The notes below the pieces were generated by a model. That model did not search any database and was not told where the DNA came from. It saw only the letters and a list, made by a program, of their open reading frames with translations. A stretch of 64,000 nt of DNA, taken from contig OX597823.1 of the NCBI GenBank assembly GCA_951406725.2, positions 31,620,001 to 31,684,000 on the forward strand. The letters are read 5' to 3'. Position 1 is the stretch's first letter, and each line of letters opens with the position of its first letter. This stretch comes from Octopus vulgaris. Its lineage: Eukaryota. Made by a program: the position numbers and the translations under genes. Positions 28,006-41,517 of the stretch are shown one piece after another.

Positions 28006-29574
28006 ATTTTTCCTTTCCTTCTACTTGTTCTAGTCATTTCACAGCCCTCGGGCTGGAGCACCACCTGCAAGAGATTTAGTTTAATGAACTGTCCCCTGCA
28101 CACTCTTTTTTTTAAAGCCTGTCACTCATAACGCATTTTAATTCAGCCCTGCTGGCTAATTGCGTCATCGGTCATTTGTCAGTCATTGTTTTCTTTTATT
28201 AGTGGTGGCTGATTTTGTCTCAGCAATCCGTTTTGAGTGGATATTTGGTTCTGACAAAGACTACGCCACCCAACCCCACCAAAAGCCAGAAATACATATT
28301 TGGCATTACGTAGTTCTGCTGGACAATTTTCTTCTGCTGCTGATATATCTGTGTTTTTTTAAAATCTATACGTCTCTAAGAAATGCTTTAAACGTTTATC
28401 AAGCGTTTAACGATATATTGTACACATATTGATGTGCGTGTGTGTGTGGGGGTGTTGTCATATTTGGAGACGGTCATTTTGTCAATGAACAGACCCATTG
28501 GGTCACCGGGAAACTCTGAGTTTCCCAGCAACGGAGTTTTGTTTCGTAGGTTTTTTTCTTTTCTAAGGTTATTTCGCATGCTTCCAACGAATGCGTACTG
28601 GGGTCGATCTAATCGACTGGCCCCCTCCCCCAAAATTCCGGGCCTTGTGCCTAGAGTAGAAAAGAATAATAAAGCTAAAGTGAAAATCAAATAAATAGTG
28701 CGTGTATTTATTGGCAAAATGACCGTCCCCAAATATAATAAAATCCGTTTCAACACACGATTTCACATCAAGAATCTTTCAAGACAAATGCATAAGTATA
28801 ATAGGCAAATGAGTGAAACTGGATGACATAGGATGTGGTTCTGAGTAGTGAGAGAGATAAGTGATAGCACAGAAAAGAGTGCTGAGATATGTAGTCCTAC
28901 TTGCACTAAATTACGACCGCAGGATATTATAGTAGTTAGACAAGTGATGGAGGGATCAGTCAAAGAGAGATGAAGGACTGTTGGATGCATGACAGAGCCA
29001 AATAAGGAGAGGGTGTCCAGCTGTGTAGAGACATTATACCTTGTGAACCTCAGTTCCACCATGATGAGCGAGTTTTCTAAGTAATGCATACTGCCTATCC
29101 TCCACTAATTAGTCCTATATCTTCCACAGAGTATCTCTCTTCTACGGAGATGTCAGAGAGGATTTCGAAATCGAAGCAGATCCTCCATCAACTCAGCACT
29201 CACAACCTGCTCATAACGAACCACCAAAGGTATAATGAACCATAAAAAAAAGTTTTGAACCAATCTCTCAGGCCTTGCCTCTAAATATTACTACTGCCCT
29301 ATATATCGCAACATCATCTTGTGAGGAGGTGCGTGGCACACAAGCTTGCGGTGTAATGTCATCTCATTCTTGCTACCAAAGATCGGATACATGCTCCAAC
29401 ACGCCCTGCCCTAGCGAATGGAAACCACATCGCTCCATGCATCACTCAAAGCTTTCTTCTGTTGTGAATTCACTTAAAAGCAGAAAATTGTCTCTTCTAC
29501 TATTTCTTTGATAAAACTGTTTGGCAAAGAGACAGAATTTTTCATGGCATTCTTTCACCATATTTTTAGACGAA

Positions 29575-29998
29575 CGCATGGCAATGTGATTAAGAAGTTT
29601 GTTTTCCAGCCGTGCGGTCTCGATTCGAGTTCCATTACGCGCCATTTTGGGCAAGTGTCTTATATCATAGCCCCAGGACGATTTTATTAAGGAATTTGGT
29701 AAATGGAAAATGTGAAAACACATCGTGTTTGTGTGTGTGAGTCTATGTATGAATAAATGTATATGTGTGTCTGTGTCTTTGAGCTCGTATTTGTCTATCC
29801 ACTACCTGACAACTGATTTGCTTAGTTTAAGACCCCTGTAACTTAGCGGTTCGGCAAAGGAGTTCCAACAGAATAAATAACAAACTTTAGAAAATAAGCA
29901 CCGACGCCGATTTGTTCACTTAACATAATAAGGGATACTCCAACATGGCTGCAGTTCAAAAAAACTGAAACAAGTAAGCACATAAAACGGATAAAGAA
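29575..29998 (+). mobile_element. Diverged CORE-type SINE (group 1)
   Basis: ttgggcaagtgtctt, aacttagcggttcggcaaa and ctccaacatggctgcagt motifs. Confidence 0.75.
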
Positions 29999-30047
29999 TG
30001 AGCTGTTCCTCAGAAGTGCTTTCTGATTTGCAGCACTAGCAAATTTT

Positions 30048-30468
30048 GGTACATTTTGGTTATCTCACCCCCATTAAAAAAATTGGGTCATCTCCCCTCC
30101 GTTTTTATGTAAAAATATTGATACTTTTGGTTATCTCCCTCAACTAAAAAAAGTTGTTTAACCCTCAATAATACAAAGAAAATGAAAAAAATTAATAAAC
30201 ATGAAAGCAAAAAATAAATAAATAAAAAGGAAAACTGAGAAAATAAAACCTTATTGAATCTCTTTTACTCTTTTACTTGTTTCAGTCATTTGACTGCAGC
30301 CATGCTGGATCCCGCCTTTAGTCGAGCAAATCGACCCCAGGACTTATTCTTTGTAAACCTAGTACTTATTCTATCGGTCTCTCTTGCCGAACCGCTAAGT
30401 AACGGGGACGTAAACACACCAGCATCGGTTGTCAAGCAATGCTAGGGGGACAAACACAGACACACACA

Positions 30469-30533
<65 letters not shown>

Positions 30534-30842
30534 ACATATATACGACGGGCTTCTTTCAGTTTCCGTCTACCAAATCCACTCACAAGGCTTTGGTCGGCCC
30601 GAGGCTATAGTAGAAGAAACTTGCCCAAGGTGCTACGCAGTGGGACTGAACCCGGAACCATGTGGTTGGTAAACAAGCTACTTACCACACAGCCACTCCT
30701 TGATATTTTTATAACAAATCCTGTATTGAATGAAAAGGATCTAACACTTTTTATCCAATCTCTTGTTGCCACGTAAACTCAACTTTTAAGCAAGAAGATA
30801 GCACAATTTTTTTAATGGGGGTGAGATAACCAAAAAAGTACC
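30048..30842 (-). mobile_element. Merlin-like MITE (second copy) with 8-bp TSD, containing a SINE
   Basis: Same TIRs as 7107-7436; TSD caaatttt at 30040-30047 and 30843-30850; internal sequence is reverse-oriented relative to copy 1. Confidence 0.78.
30258..30700 (-). mobile_element. Full-length CORE-type SINE (group 1), young
   Basis: Near-identical to 13847-14278. Confidence 0.92.
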
Positions 30843-31374
30843 CAAATTTTTGTGCTATTCTATCTCCATTATCTGCGGACATATTATAACTAATCTGTGA
30901 ACATTCTACGGGCTTTTGTGTGTGTGTGCGTGTTTGTGTATTTTCTAAAATATTAATGTCCATTTGTATGTTTGTGGTTTCATTTATTTCAGTGTCCCCA
31001 AGTTTCACATTTCCGCCGCCCACCTTATTTCTCCATTTTATTATTTTGATTTATTCAAATTTTTTTTTAAGAATCTGTTTTTATTTTTCTCATTTTTGTG
31101 GTCATGTACGTTGTTATTGCCTTTGTGGTTAATACTTCCTGCCTCTATCTCACATAGCAAACCTGTCTTGGTAAATAGGACAGATACTCAAAAGTTCCAA
31201 AGTTCATGTGTGTGCGCGCGCGCGTGTATGGGTGTGTGTATATACATGTAGCACCCACACTCACATATTTATGTATATATGTTTGTTCGAAGTAAGAATT
31301 CGTAATATTTCAATTCTTTTGGGAGTTCCGTTACGAATTCCCACTTAGAACAAACAACAACAACAATAATAATA

Positions 31375-32030
31375 ATAGACAGCACATCAGAAAGTGATAA
31401 ATGCAGAATCTGTGAACAAAATGGTGAAACCGTATGGCATATTACAAGCCAATGTACGCCACTAGGAATATAAGAGACGCCACGACAATATAGCAAGGCT
31501 TGTCCATTGGACACTTTGCAACAAATATACACTTGACAGAGCAAAAAATTAGTACAACCACAAACCCGAAGACATCATCGAAAATAATATACAAAGATCC
31601 TATGGGATTTTATGATTCAGTGCGATAGAGAATAGGAAGCCAGACAGCCTTAATTGAGAAAGAAAACAGACTATGCTGGATCATAGATATAGCATACCCA
31701 GCTGACAACAAGGTATGCGATAAGGAAGAAAGAAAAGTCGATAGATATGACAGGTTAGCTTGGGAAATTAAGCAGTTGTGGTCGATGAAAAAGGTGGTAA
31801 TAGTACCAATAATTGTCGGAGCCCTGGGAACAGTGAGCAAAAATCTTGAGAAGCACATGGAATAAATAGAGGCTACAATAAGGGTGGAGCACTTGCAGAA
31901 AATAGCACTGCTTGGAACCGCTCGAATACGCCGGATGGTACTCAAAAAATAAGGGGTGTTACCTTACTTCACAGGTAGTGAACAGCTGACACTGTAGTAT
32001 TTCTCCAGCGTTAGAAGCTGTGCAAAGGCA
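31375..32030 (+). mobile_element. R4/Dong-like LINE 3' end (CCHC knuckle plus restriction-like endonuclease), pseudogenised
   Basis: DKCRICEQNGETVWHITSQC..YKRRHDNIARLVHW..ILWDF..RKPD..CWIIDIAYP..KVDRY..VPIIVGALG..LQKIALLGTARI; flanked on both sides by (AAC)n(AAT)n, consistent with Dong-type (TAA)n targeting. Confidence 0.88.
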
Positions 32031-32047
32031 ACAACAACAACAACAAC

Positions 32048-32106
<59 letters not shown>

Positions 32107-32923
32107 TAATAATAATAATAATGATAATAATAATAATAATAATAATGATAATAATATCAGTATAACTGTGTGGAAGTATGAATGGAATTACTAGATCTTG
32201 AATTTGATGGTTTGGTTCACACCTAAAACATATGCAAATACACACACACATTACAAATAATATACAATTAAAGATAACCGCTTTTAAACGCATGAAAAAC
32301 AATGTACATTAACGAAACGAAGCACTTAATGAAGCAACTGAGTTTTTTTTTTATGTCTAGTTTCGTCCCTAAGAATTTCATGCCATTGCGATTTTCAGAC
32401 GATAACTTTTACAAGTTGATTTGATGGTACACTTATATTCGTTAGCTTGGTTGTAATGCTAATATACAAATACAAATAAACAATGTTAAACACACATACA
32501 CAAGGTTTGTTTTGCTACTTCGTGTGTAGGCTGCGCTTTTAGGCGTAAGAGAATATATTCTCATCAATGTCTCTACCCACGAACTAGCAAAACACATACC
32601 TTGTGTACGTGTGTTCGATATTGCGTAAATCACTCGAGCTGCTTCTAATTCGTATTTAGTAAGGTTTCTTTTGCTACTATAACATGGTTGTTGTATAAAG
32701 AAATTCGTTATTACATTTTAACCTCAGGAAAATATCTTTTCCAGCTGGTTAACGACACACGACATGTGCCCAGTATATTGTAAGGAAGTGAATCACTCCT
32801 TTCCAGCTTGGCAAGGCCAGTAGACCATATTTTTTAAGTATTTGCCCCTCATCGGTACTGGACACCCGCCTGCGCTCTCTCTCTCTCTTTCCCTCTCTGT
32901 ATATATATATATATATATATATA

Positions 32924-33224
32924 CTAGCAGTATCGCCCGGCATTGCTCGGATTTGTAAGGGAAATAACTATATAAGCATTTTTAGAGAGTTACTTCCCTT
33001 ATATAATAGCAAAAAAAAATGCATTAAAAATGGGTAAAAATGATAATTTTTTTTTTAAATCGTAGACTCATCGTAGACGCGCGCTAATACCCAGAAGGGC
33101 TCGATATGAATCATGACTATAAGATACCCGCTTTTGGTTAAACTGCACTGCAAAATGTGGGAGTAGTTAGGAATCTAAATCGTAGGAGACAGACACACAA
33201 CTTCACTTTTATATATAAAGAAGA
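32924..33224 (-). mobile_element. Non-autonomous Helitron
   Basis: Minus strand begins TC, ends CTAG, has subterminal hairpin ccgagcaatgccggg, sits between A and T, and has no TSD. Confidence 0.8.
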
Positions 33225-33377
33225 TATATAAATTGTGGATTCTATTTGCCATGTCGTCCGAAGACAGTTTTTATCGCGAGGAGAAATAATATGAGTGATT
33301 TAAATGGCTTTATAGCGGTTTTGGCTGCTATTTTTAAAAAGATTTAAAACTCTCTTAGTTATAATTGTGGCTGATTC

Positions 33378-33416
33378 ATAATTATAAACGTTTTTCCTCT
33401 TTACACACACACACAC

Positions 33417-33461
<45 letters not shown>

Positions 33462-33521
33462 CGTTTATATATATATATAATTATAATTTTATATATATAA
33501 TTATAAACGTTTTTTCTCTTT

Positions 33522-33570
<49 letters not shown>

Positions 33571-33704
33571 CGTTTATATATATATAATCATAATTTTATA
33601 TATATAATTGTAAGCGTTTTTCCTCTTTATATATATATGTATATAAACGTTTTTATGTATATAATTATAATTTTATATATATAATTATAAACGTTTTTTT
33701 CTCT

Positions 33705-33748
<44 letters not shown>

Positions 33749-33875
33749 CATAATTTTATATATATAATTGTAAGCGTTTTCCTCTTTATATATATATATA
33801 TATATATATATAAACGTTTTTATATATATAATTATAATTTTATATATATAATTAAAAATTTTTTTCCTCCCTATA
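33378..33875. repeat. AT-rich minisatellite with (TA)n-variable units
   Basis: Recurring ataattataaacgtttttcctcttta and ataattttatatatat motifs, about six units. Confidence 0.85.
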
Positions 33876-33967
33876 TATATAAAGTTTACGAAAATAAACT
33901 AAAGACGAAGGCAGGTGGTGTACAAACAAGCAGATGTATTAGTATAGCGCTCAGGAATAGAAAAAGT

Positions 33968-34004
33968 CTTTTACGTTTCGAGCCTACGCTCTTCTACAAG
34001 AAAG
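33968..34004 (-). ncRNA. Hammerhead-like motif with variant core (family G)
   Basis: CUUU CUUGUAGAA GAGC-GUAG-GCUC GAAA CG UA AAAG, within a short element at about 33884-34080. Confidence 0.45.
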
Positions 34005-34226
34005 GTACACAGAAAAAACAAGGAGAGAAAAGAAAATGTGTGCAGTAGCTAACGATCTATGATGGCGTCTGACTCGGACAAAAAAAAATATATATCATTG
34101 AATTTGTGTGAAGGATGTCATTTGTTACAGCTAATCAAAAGTCCACAGCATTTCCAATGGCGAGAGTAAGAAGAGAATATCTGTGTAGCTGAAACCGAAT
34201 AAATTATCATCGAAAGATTTTATTTA

Positions 34227-34841
34227 TTAGCAGAGGTACCCGGCGTCGTTCGGGATCTAAATATGTATAAATGTACACTTTTTTTTAAATAATAAAACAT
34301 AGACTTTTTACGTTTATTTCTTATGCAAAATTCTTGATGTGAAATCGTGAAATCGTTATGTGAGTATCTCTGTGAATTAGCAAGTCGTTCAATGGTAGTA
34401 AAATTATAAATATATCTCATTTTTTTTCGTTTTCACCTTCATCAACGTAGTCATGATCTTCACTGTCGAAAACGTATCTCTAAAAACGTCATAAGATATT
34501 CATTATTAAGAAAGTTATGAGGAAATGAAATCTGTAAGAGTTTCTTAAAAGGTGGCTGTAACTGGAAACGTATCTCGGCAAAATTTTATTTAAAAATATG
34601 CGTTACAATGAAAATTATGAGGAAACAAAGTCGAAGGGCTACGGAACTGTAGTTTTGATGTCTATGTATGTATAACGTTACCTTATTTGCGAAATTGTCG
34701 AAACAAGGATCGGTTTTTTTTTTGTTTTTTATAGACTTAAATTATTTAATCTATAGCAAGTTTTTTAAACTTTAAAACTATTTGAGTTAGAATGATAATT
34801 GTTTCGTAATAAAGCGTTCGTTAAAAATAGAAATAGAAAGA
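34227..34841 (-). mobile_element. Probable non-autonomous Helitron, diverged
   Basis: 3' hairpin cccgaacgacgccggg followed by tacctctgCTAA (CTAG variant); 5' end uncertain. Confidence 0.5.
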
Positions 34842-34989
34842 TTGCTTACATAATGGGACTAAACCTGGCTGTAGATGAGACGAAAATATCTGAGCAGGAA
34901 ATTTTACCAATATCTGATTCTTTCAAATGGATTAGGAACATTCTAAGACATCATCATCGTCATTTTACGTCTGATTTTGGTTGTTTTCA

Positions 34990-36350
34990 TCCTGGTATGG
35001 GTTAGATATGCCTTCACTAGCACAGCGCTTCACCCTTTGCAATTGTTTTGTGAGGTGCGGGTTCCGGAGATTAGCTTTTATTTCATTACTTCCTCGCTCT
35101 CTCTTCTTGCGCCAGTTCTGCTCGCTTAGCACTTCTTTATTCAACATCCATCCTCCATATTACATTCCATACCAACACAGTTTCCTCTCTTGCACACTAC
35201 ATTTGATTCCTCTTATACTTAGATTTTCTCTCCCTAATGTTATTCTGTCATTCATGTACACTAACATTTATCTGAGAATGCTTGCCTCATTTTTACTATT
35301 GTACACACTCCATTCAGCGCCTATGTCTTGTGACCATGCAGCATCAGTCATCGTACACAAACATTATATAATCTGCCTTTCACCCGAAAAGTAAAACTCT
35401 TTATTGCCAGCAGAGATAACAGCTCCCTGAATTGTTTTCACCCTGAACTTTCTAAAGCTACAATCTTTTCGAATCACTTTCTTTCATTGCTAATCATGTT
35501 GCTCACTTGGATAACAGAACTCCTTCTAGAAAACCAGTCATATCCGGCCCAAATATGCAACCTGTTTTGTGTTCAAACCGGCCTCTTGCATCTACCCGAA
35601 AACATTATTCAAACAATAAACAGACACGTCATCGAAATCTTGAAGTTGCGAGTTAATGCATGATTAATTCAAATCAATAAGAATAAATAACATTATTTAC
35701 ATTTGACGGATATTTGTCCTCATCTTGTTTGTTGTTAACACGTTTCGGCTGATATACCCTCCAGCCTTCATCAGGTGTCTTGGGGAAATTTCGAACCTGG
35801 GTTCTCATTCCTAAGGTATGTTGTTACAGCAACAAACAACGACGACGACGAAAAATACCTTAGGAATGAAAACCCAGGTTCGAAATTTCCCCAAGACACC
35901 TGGTGAAGGCTGGAGGGTATATCAGCCGAAACGTTGTGTTAACAACTAACAAGATGAGGACAAATATCCGTCTAATGTAAATAATTCCTCATCTCTTAAA
36001 TATAGAACTGTAAGAATAAATAAGTATTACAATTGATTGAATAATCTGAATGCTGAAGGTATAAGCATCTGAAAGAGTCTAATTTCTTGGATGTCCTTAC
36101 TGAGGAACTCTTCCTGTGCATCTGTTACATCCAAAGTCCTCAATTAATATACATACAGTTCCACTACACCTCTTAGGCATTAATAGGCTTCACTTTCGGC
36201 TCATGGAATTCCTACCTATTTCTATTCTGCATGTCTAGCTTGGCCCTTTTCCCTAACAGCAGTAGATTCCGGTCTGCTTTTTCTTACTTAGCCTTGTATC
36301 TTCACTAGGTTTAAGACGTCTCGATTATATATTATGTTGTATGCAGAACA
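34990..36350 (-). mobile_element. Decayed RTE-like LINE, split by a MITE fragment (about 35525-36065) and a family A element
   Basis: Minus-strand fragments resemble FRELLSLLAIK, NEASILR, LGRENLSIRGIKCSVQERKLCWYG and CRIEIGRNS of RTE ORF C-termini. Confidence 0.6.
35691..36011 (+). mobile_element. Penelope-like inverted-arm element, family A, with 12-bp TSD
   Basis: About 130-bp inverted arms; hammerhead motifs at 35737-35779 (minus) and 35895-35940 (plus, CUGGUGA); TSD aagaataaataa at 35679-35690 and 36012-36023. Confidence 0.82.
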
Positions 36351-36639
36351 TTTCTGAACGTAATATACATCCGATGGTGGGTCTCCGTTGTTGAGCAATG
36401 ATTAATCGAATGAATTACCTACTCCTGAATTAATGCCAAAGTATTCCACAGACACATGTACCCTTAATGTAAGGGCATATATATGGCATGTGTGTACATA
36501 GATGTAGTGTAACATATCAAAAATTACTGTTAAAAGAATTGTTTAATATATGGAAAAACAAAACAGGTGAATTCTTCCAATTTTTTAATCTCTTGTTTTT
36601 GAACCTACCTGGATGGGATCGTTGATTAAAACATTCAAT

Positions 36640-37200
36640 AGCACAAACAAAATCCTCTAAAATCTGTAGACACCTTGATATACTTAGGAAGTAACATTGC
36701 TTCCAAAGAAAAGGATGTAAACATTTTTCTTGTAGAAGTCTGGGCTGCTCTTGATGCTTCAGTGTCTGAAAGTCGTTGGTGCCTGATGTTCTTCAGAGAC
36801 GTTTCTTCTTCTCTTTTTTAAGTGCAATCAGTCTTATTGTATGGGTCTACTGCTTGGATATTCATGAAACACCCAGAGACAAGACTTGATGGGGCTTAGA
36901 CACGTATGTTATGGGTTATTCTAAATATCTCATAGAAACGAAGATTGCATTGCAGCCTTCTTACAATTAGTAGTGTCATTAGAGAAAGATGCATGCATTT
37001 TGCAGGATATTGCTGGAAAGAGCTAAGCAAAGGCTTAAAATACACTCCATTGGACAGCTTGACATGGAACAGCCATCCTTTAAAGATCATCATCAATCAA
37101 TTATGTGCAGACACAGGCAGTCATCCTGGTGCTGACATCCTGGTGCTGACATCCTGAATGTTATGAAAGATTAATAAATTACATGATTGAGTCAGGCAAA
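36640..37200 (+). mobile_element. Decayed RTE-like LINE fragment
   Basis: YLGSNIASKEKDVNI, VLLYGSTAW, RLDGA*TRML..ILNIS, IRERCMHFAGYCW. Confidence 0.72.
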
Positions 37201-39321
37201 GCCAAACAAGCTCAAATGAAATAATGACAAATTCTTTTTTCCCATCTATGTTGTTTGTTTTTCACTTATTTTGATTTGTGTGTGTATGGGGGAATTTTAA
37301 AAATCACCAAATCAAAACAGATAATGGATGGGGATGGACGAAGTGCCAGCACAAAGTCCAATCCTTGTGTGATGTAGTGGCATGTATGCCTCAATGACTC
37401 TGAGAGCTGTGCCAGATGCCAGCAGAGCACAAGCTCTTGATAGGTCAGAGGTCTGACTAATATGGAGAACTTCTTCCTAGAGGCAAAAATGGCTTTGAAG
37501 AGGACCCACATCTCCTTAGAAAAAAAAATCAAAGTTACGGAAGGATTAACGACAATTCAAATCCAACAAAAACCTGGGAGAAGAAAGGACAGCCTAGGGT
37601 CAATAACAGTGGAGAAAAGTTGACAATGGTGTGTGTACCATGAGGAAGGTTTTAATTGTGGATGGAGTGGAAAAAAACATGTTAATGAGTTTCAAAAGGA
37701 AAAAAACAGTCAGACAAAAGCTATTTTAAAATGATTAAATTAACAAAAAAAGTAATTAAGATTTGAAACTTTTCTTTCTTTTTATTTTAAATTAGGAATA
37801 ACAGAAATCAAAATATAAAATGATAATAATTCATAATTATAATGATAATAATATTAATAATAATTATGGTTTAATTATAATAATCATAAGAAAATTAAAA
37901 AAAAAAAACAGAATTTATTCAATATATATATATATTTTTTATTTTTTTATTCCTTAGAACATATGGTTCTCAGAGTTAGCAGCATCACCACTTCACACCC
38001 TGACACTTGTACCCTCTTCTAGGATTAAGTAAGGAAAGTGTACCATTAGGCAATAGCAGGGTTTGTGTGGTGGGGTTACTGTGAAGTTGGGTGAGGGAGG
38101 TACCAAACAGTGCTGAGGTATGGCACACTGAAACAATACATTGTGTCCATCTGTCTCTTCAAGAAACTGTTGGAGCAGAGCAGGAGAGGGTAAGCATTAG
38201 GGCAGGGTTGATGGTTATCAGAAATATGATGTAAGGAAAGTAAGAGAGAGATAAAATGTAAGACATGTAATATCCAGACTAAGTGATGGATAGCAAAAAT
38301 AAAATATGTGATGCCTAAAACTAATATTGAATCACTGCCAGACTTTGACAGCAGCCTGTATTTGGTATTTTAATGGAGCAAGTAGCATTAATTTGATCAA
38401 ATGTAACGGAATAATTTTTAAAAAATTGTGAAATGCATATTTTTCGAATAAATTATAAAAATTGTTGATACTATTCCAAACATGTCATTATTATTATTAC
38501 ACCATCCCCTTAAAGTTGATAAAATAAATGCCATTTAATAACAGACAGCAAGAAAAGAGGTCATCCTTGATCAAATTCAATGTGCCCGTCTTTGTTCCAA
38601 AAAATTTTAGGCTTTGCATTTAACATTAAAAAAGTATTTCAGAATCGGTAGAGCATCGGACAAAAATACTTTGTGTTATTTAAGTTAGGTCTCCATATAT
38701 TCTGAGCTCAAATCTTCTTTTTTTTCTTCTCCCAAAAGTGAGGGTAAGTTAATTATAACACAACTCCAGTCAAATATGTGATACACAGTTTATCAAATCG
38801 ATTTATAAATTCGTAGCTGTTTGCCAGTGTTAGAAATCATCGATTGTCGTCAACATTATTATTATTATTATTATTATTACTACAACCTATACTATTACCA
38901 TGGTGATATCCATACTGGATTATTGTGTCGCTTACTCGATCTCCACGTTAGTTTTGCCAAGGGAGTTGTTTTTTTTTTCCTTCTTTCTACCTTTTCATAT
39001 AAAATGCTTTACAGACAGATTTTGAGATGGTGTGAAGCTCAGGATCTGTTTTATGAGGTTCCGGTAGGACCACAGGAAAGGAGTGGGAGCAGAGTGGAGA
39101 GGATAGGCTGAAGAGGCAGAGGTGGTGGGTGTGGTGGTGAGTTTGGTGCTGGCCTGGTTGAAAAAAAAAAACAAACAAAAAAAAACTTAGAGAACCAATG
39201 TTCTAGTATCTAGAATGTTGTTCAAACAAGATGGAGAAGAAAAGAGGAAGAGGAAATGGTGATTGTGATGAAAAAGAAAAGTGAGAGAGAGAGACAGAGA
39301 GGGGGGATGAATGAAGCTGAT

Positions 39322-39370
<49 letters not shown>

Positions 39371-41218
39371 TGCATATCAGAAACAAAAAGACAACTGTAA
39401 ATAAAAACATACTGAAATAATGGAGGAAAAAGATGAAATAACACATTTTACAAAAGAAAACAGTATATATATATAGATATATATATATATATATATATAC
39501 ATACATACATATATATATATGTATATATATGTAAATACATATATATATATGAACACATGAAATGATAATAATAAATAAGTCCTTTTCTTCTGTCGTCACA
39601 TTTTGCTGCGCTGTACATAAATTGTTTTTTTTTTCTTTTCTTTTCAGAGCGCTATGTCTAAATTGCTGTAAAGAAGAGAGCTTCTTCTCTCTCTTTGTCT
39701 TTGTTATTGTCATTATTATTATTATTATTTTATATTATATTATTATTATTATTTATATAGATATTTTTTTTCATTTTTGTTTTAGTTGTTTTGAAGTCCA
39801 TGGAGAATGCATCATGGACAACCCTTTGGGATACCAACAAGTAGAGGGTGGGTGGGTGTATGGGCAGGTGAGGGGAGCCTGTGGACCATGGCCATGGCAG
39901 GCCGTAGAAGTCCGGTAGTGGATATTTTATCCATAGAATGGTCAGAAGTGAGTGGGGATGGCAGTGGGGAGGGGAGGGGGTATTGTGGCGAATGTCAAGG
40001 GTCACAGTGGGAAACAACAGAAAAAAAAAAAGGCAGAGGTGGAGCAGGAATGAGGGTGTGGGTTTAAACAAGAAAGCTATACATCAAGGAGGGGATTTTG
40101 TCTTTTCTGGAACATTTATGGAGAGAAGCAGATGACAACGAAGGTAAAATGGAGAGACAAGATAGATAGAAAGAGAGACAGACAGATAGATAGATAGGTG
40201 CATATGTAAATAGATAGATAGATAGAGAGAGAGAAGAGAAAAAGAAACACAAAGAGAGACATGAGGTAAAGGGGAAGTAAGAGAAAAATAGATGAGACAT
40301 AGATAGATATAGGGGTAGATGAGAGAAGCTGGGTATTCATAATCAGGGACAGTGAGGTGTGGAGGTGTGTTGAAGGGTATAACAACAACAAAAGACAGAA
40401 ATGGAAAGGATTTGGTTGGAAAGGAAACAACAGTAACTGATTAATTTGTTTCTTTCTCTGTGTGTGTGTGTGTGTGTGGGTGTACAGATGCATGTGTGTG
40501 TGTATGTATGTATGTCACCCCCCAATCCCTGGAATTTATAGCACTTTCCCCTCTCCTTCCAATCATTTGATTAGTGACGTCATCAATTAATGAATGTGTG
40601 ATAATGAATAGAAGAAGAAGAAGCAGCGGTAGGATACAAGGGACAGAGCAGAAGAAGAAGAGGGCGGTGATGGCATTAGTGGTGGTGGGGATGGTGACAC
40701 TGAAGCTGAGGAGCGGTGGGAGGGGAGCAAAAAAAAAAAGAAAGAAACAAAAACAAACAAAACCAAAATTCTTTTTTTTTTTAAAAAAAGAAAAAAAAAT
40801 CCCAACGGAATGACAGGACGAACAGACAGACAAGAAACAAAACAGAGAAACTGATGAATGATGTGTTGCAACAGTTAGCAGTCCATAGTTCTGTTGCTAA
40901 ACCGTGTGTGTATGTATACATGAATATATATTATATATATATGTGTGTGTGTATGTGTGTGTGTGTGTGTGCATGTGTGAGATGATGATGATGCTATTGT
41001 TTTTATTTTGGCTTCTCGTTTGTTTTTTCGTTTTTGTTTTGTTTCTTTTCAGTCTCTCTTAATTTAATTTAATTTTCTCAGAAGTCTGCTTACACATTTT
41101 GGTGCTTTTACACTCCAGTTCTTTATTAATTGGTCATGTCTGTAGATTACATACATACATACATGTGTATATGTTATATAATATATATAACTATCATATA
41201 GTTCATATTTATGCATCT

Positions 41219-41258
<40 letters not shown>

Positions 41259-41517
41259 ATACAATATACATATCAAGTACAGTATACCTAATATATATCA
41301 TAAATGTATATGTATGTTTAATAGAGTGGTATGGCGAGGAAAAGTAGTGGTTGTAGTAGTAGTAGTAGTAGTTGTATGGAGGTGGTGATCTTTAGTTACT
41401 GCTGTTGTGTGATGTGTAGAATGGCGGAAAGAGTTCAAAATTATAAGTCCTGTCTGGAAGACAAGAGAAAGGAATTCCGCCATGACTACCACCACGACCA
41501 CCACCACCAACGGACAG

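Noticed and set aside
28770-29470. Host exon or RTE fragment (LFYGDVREGFRNRSR)
   Set aside because: Only a weak RTE-like motif, many stops, and no consistent splice pair.
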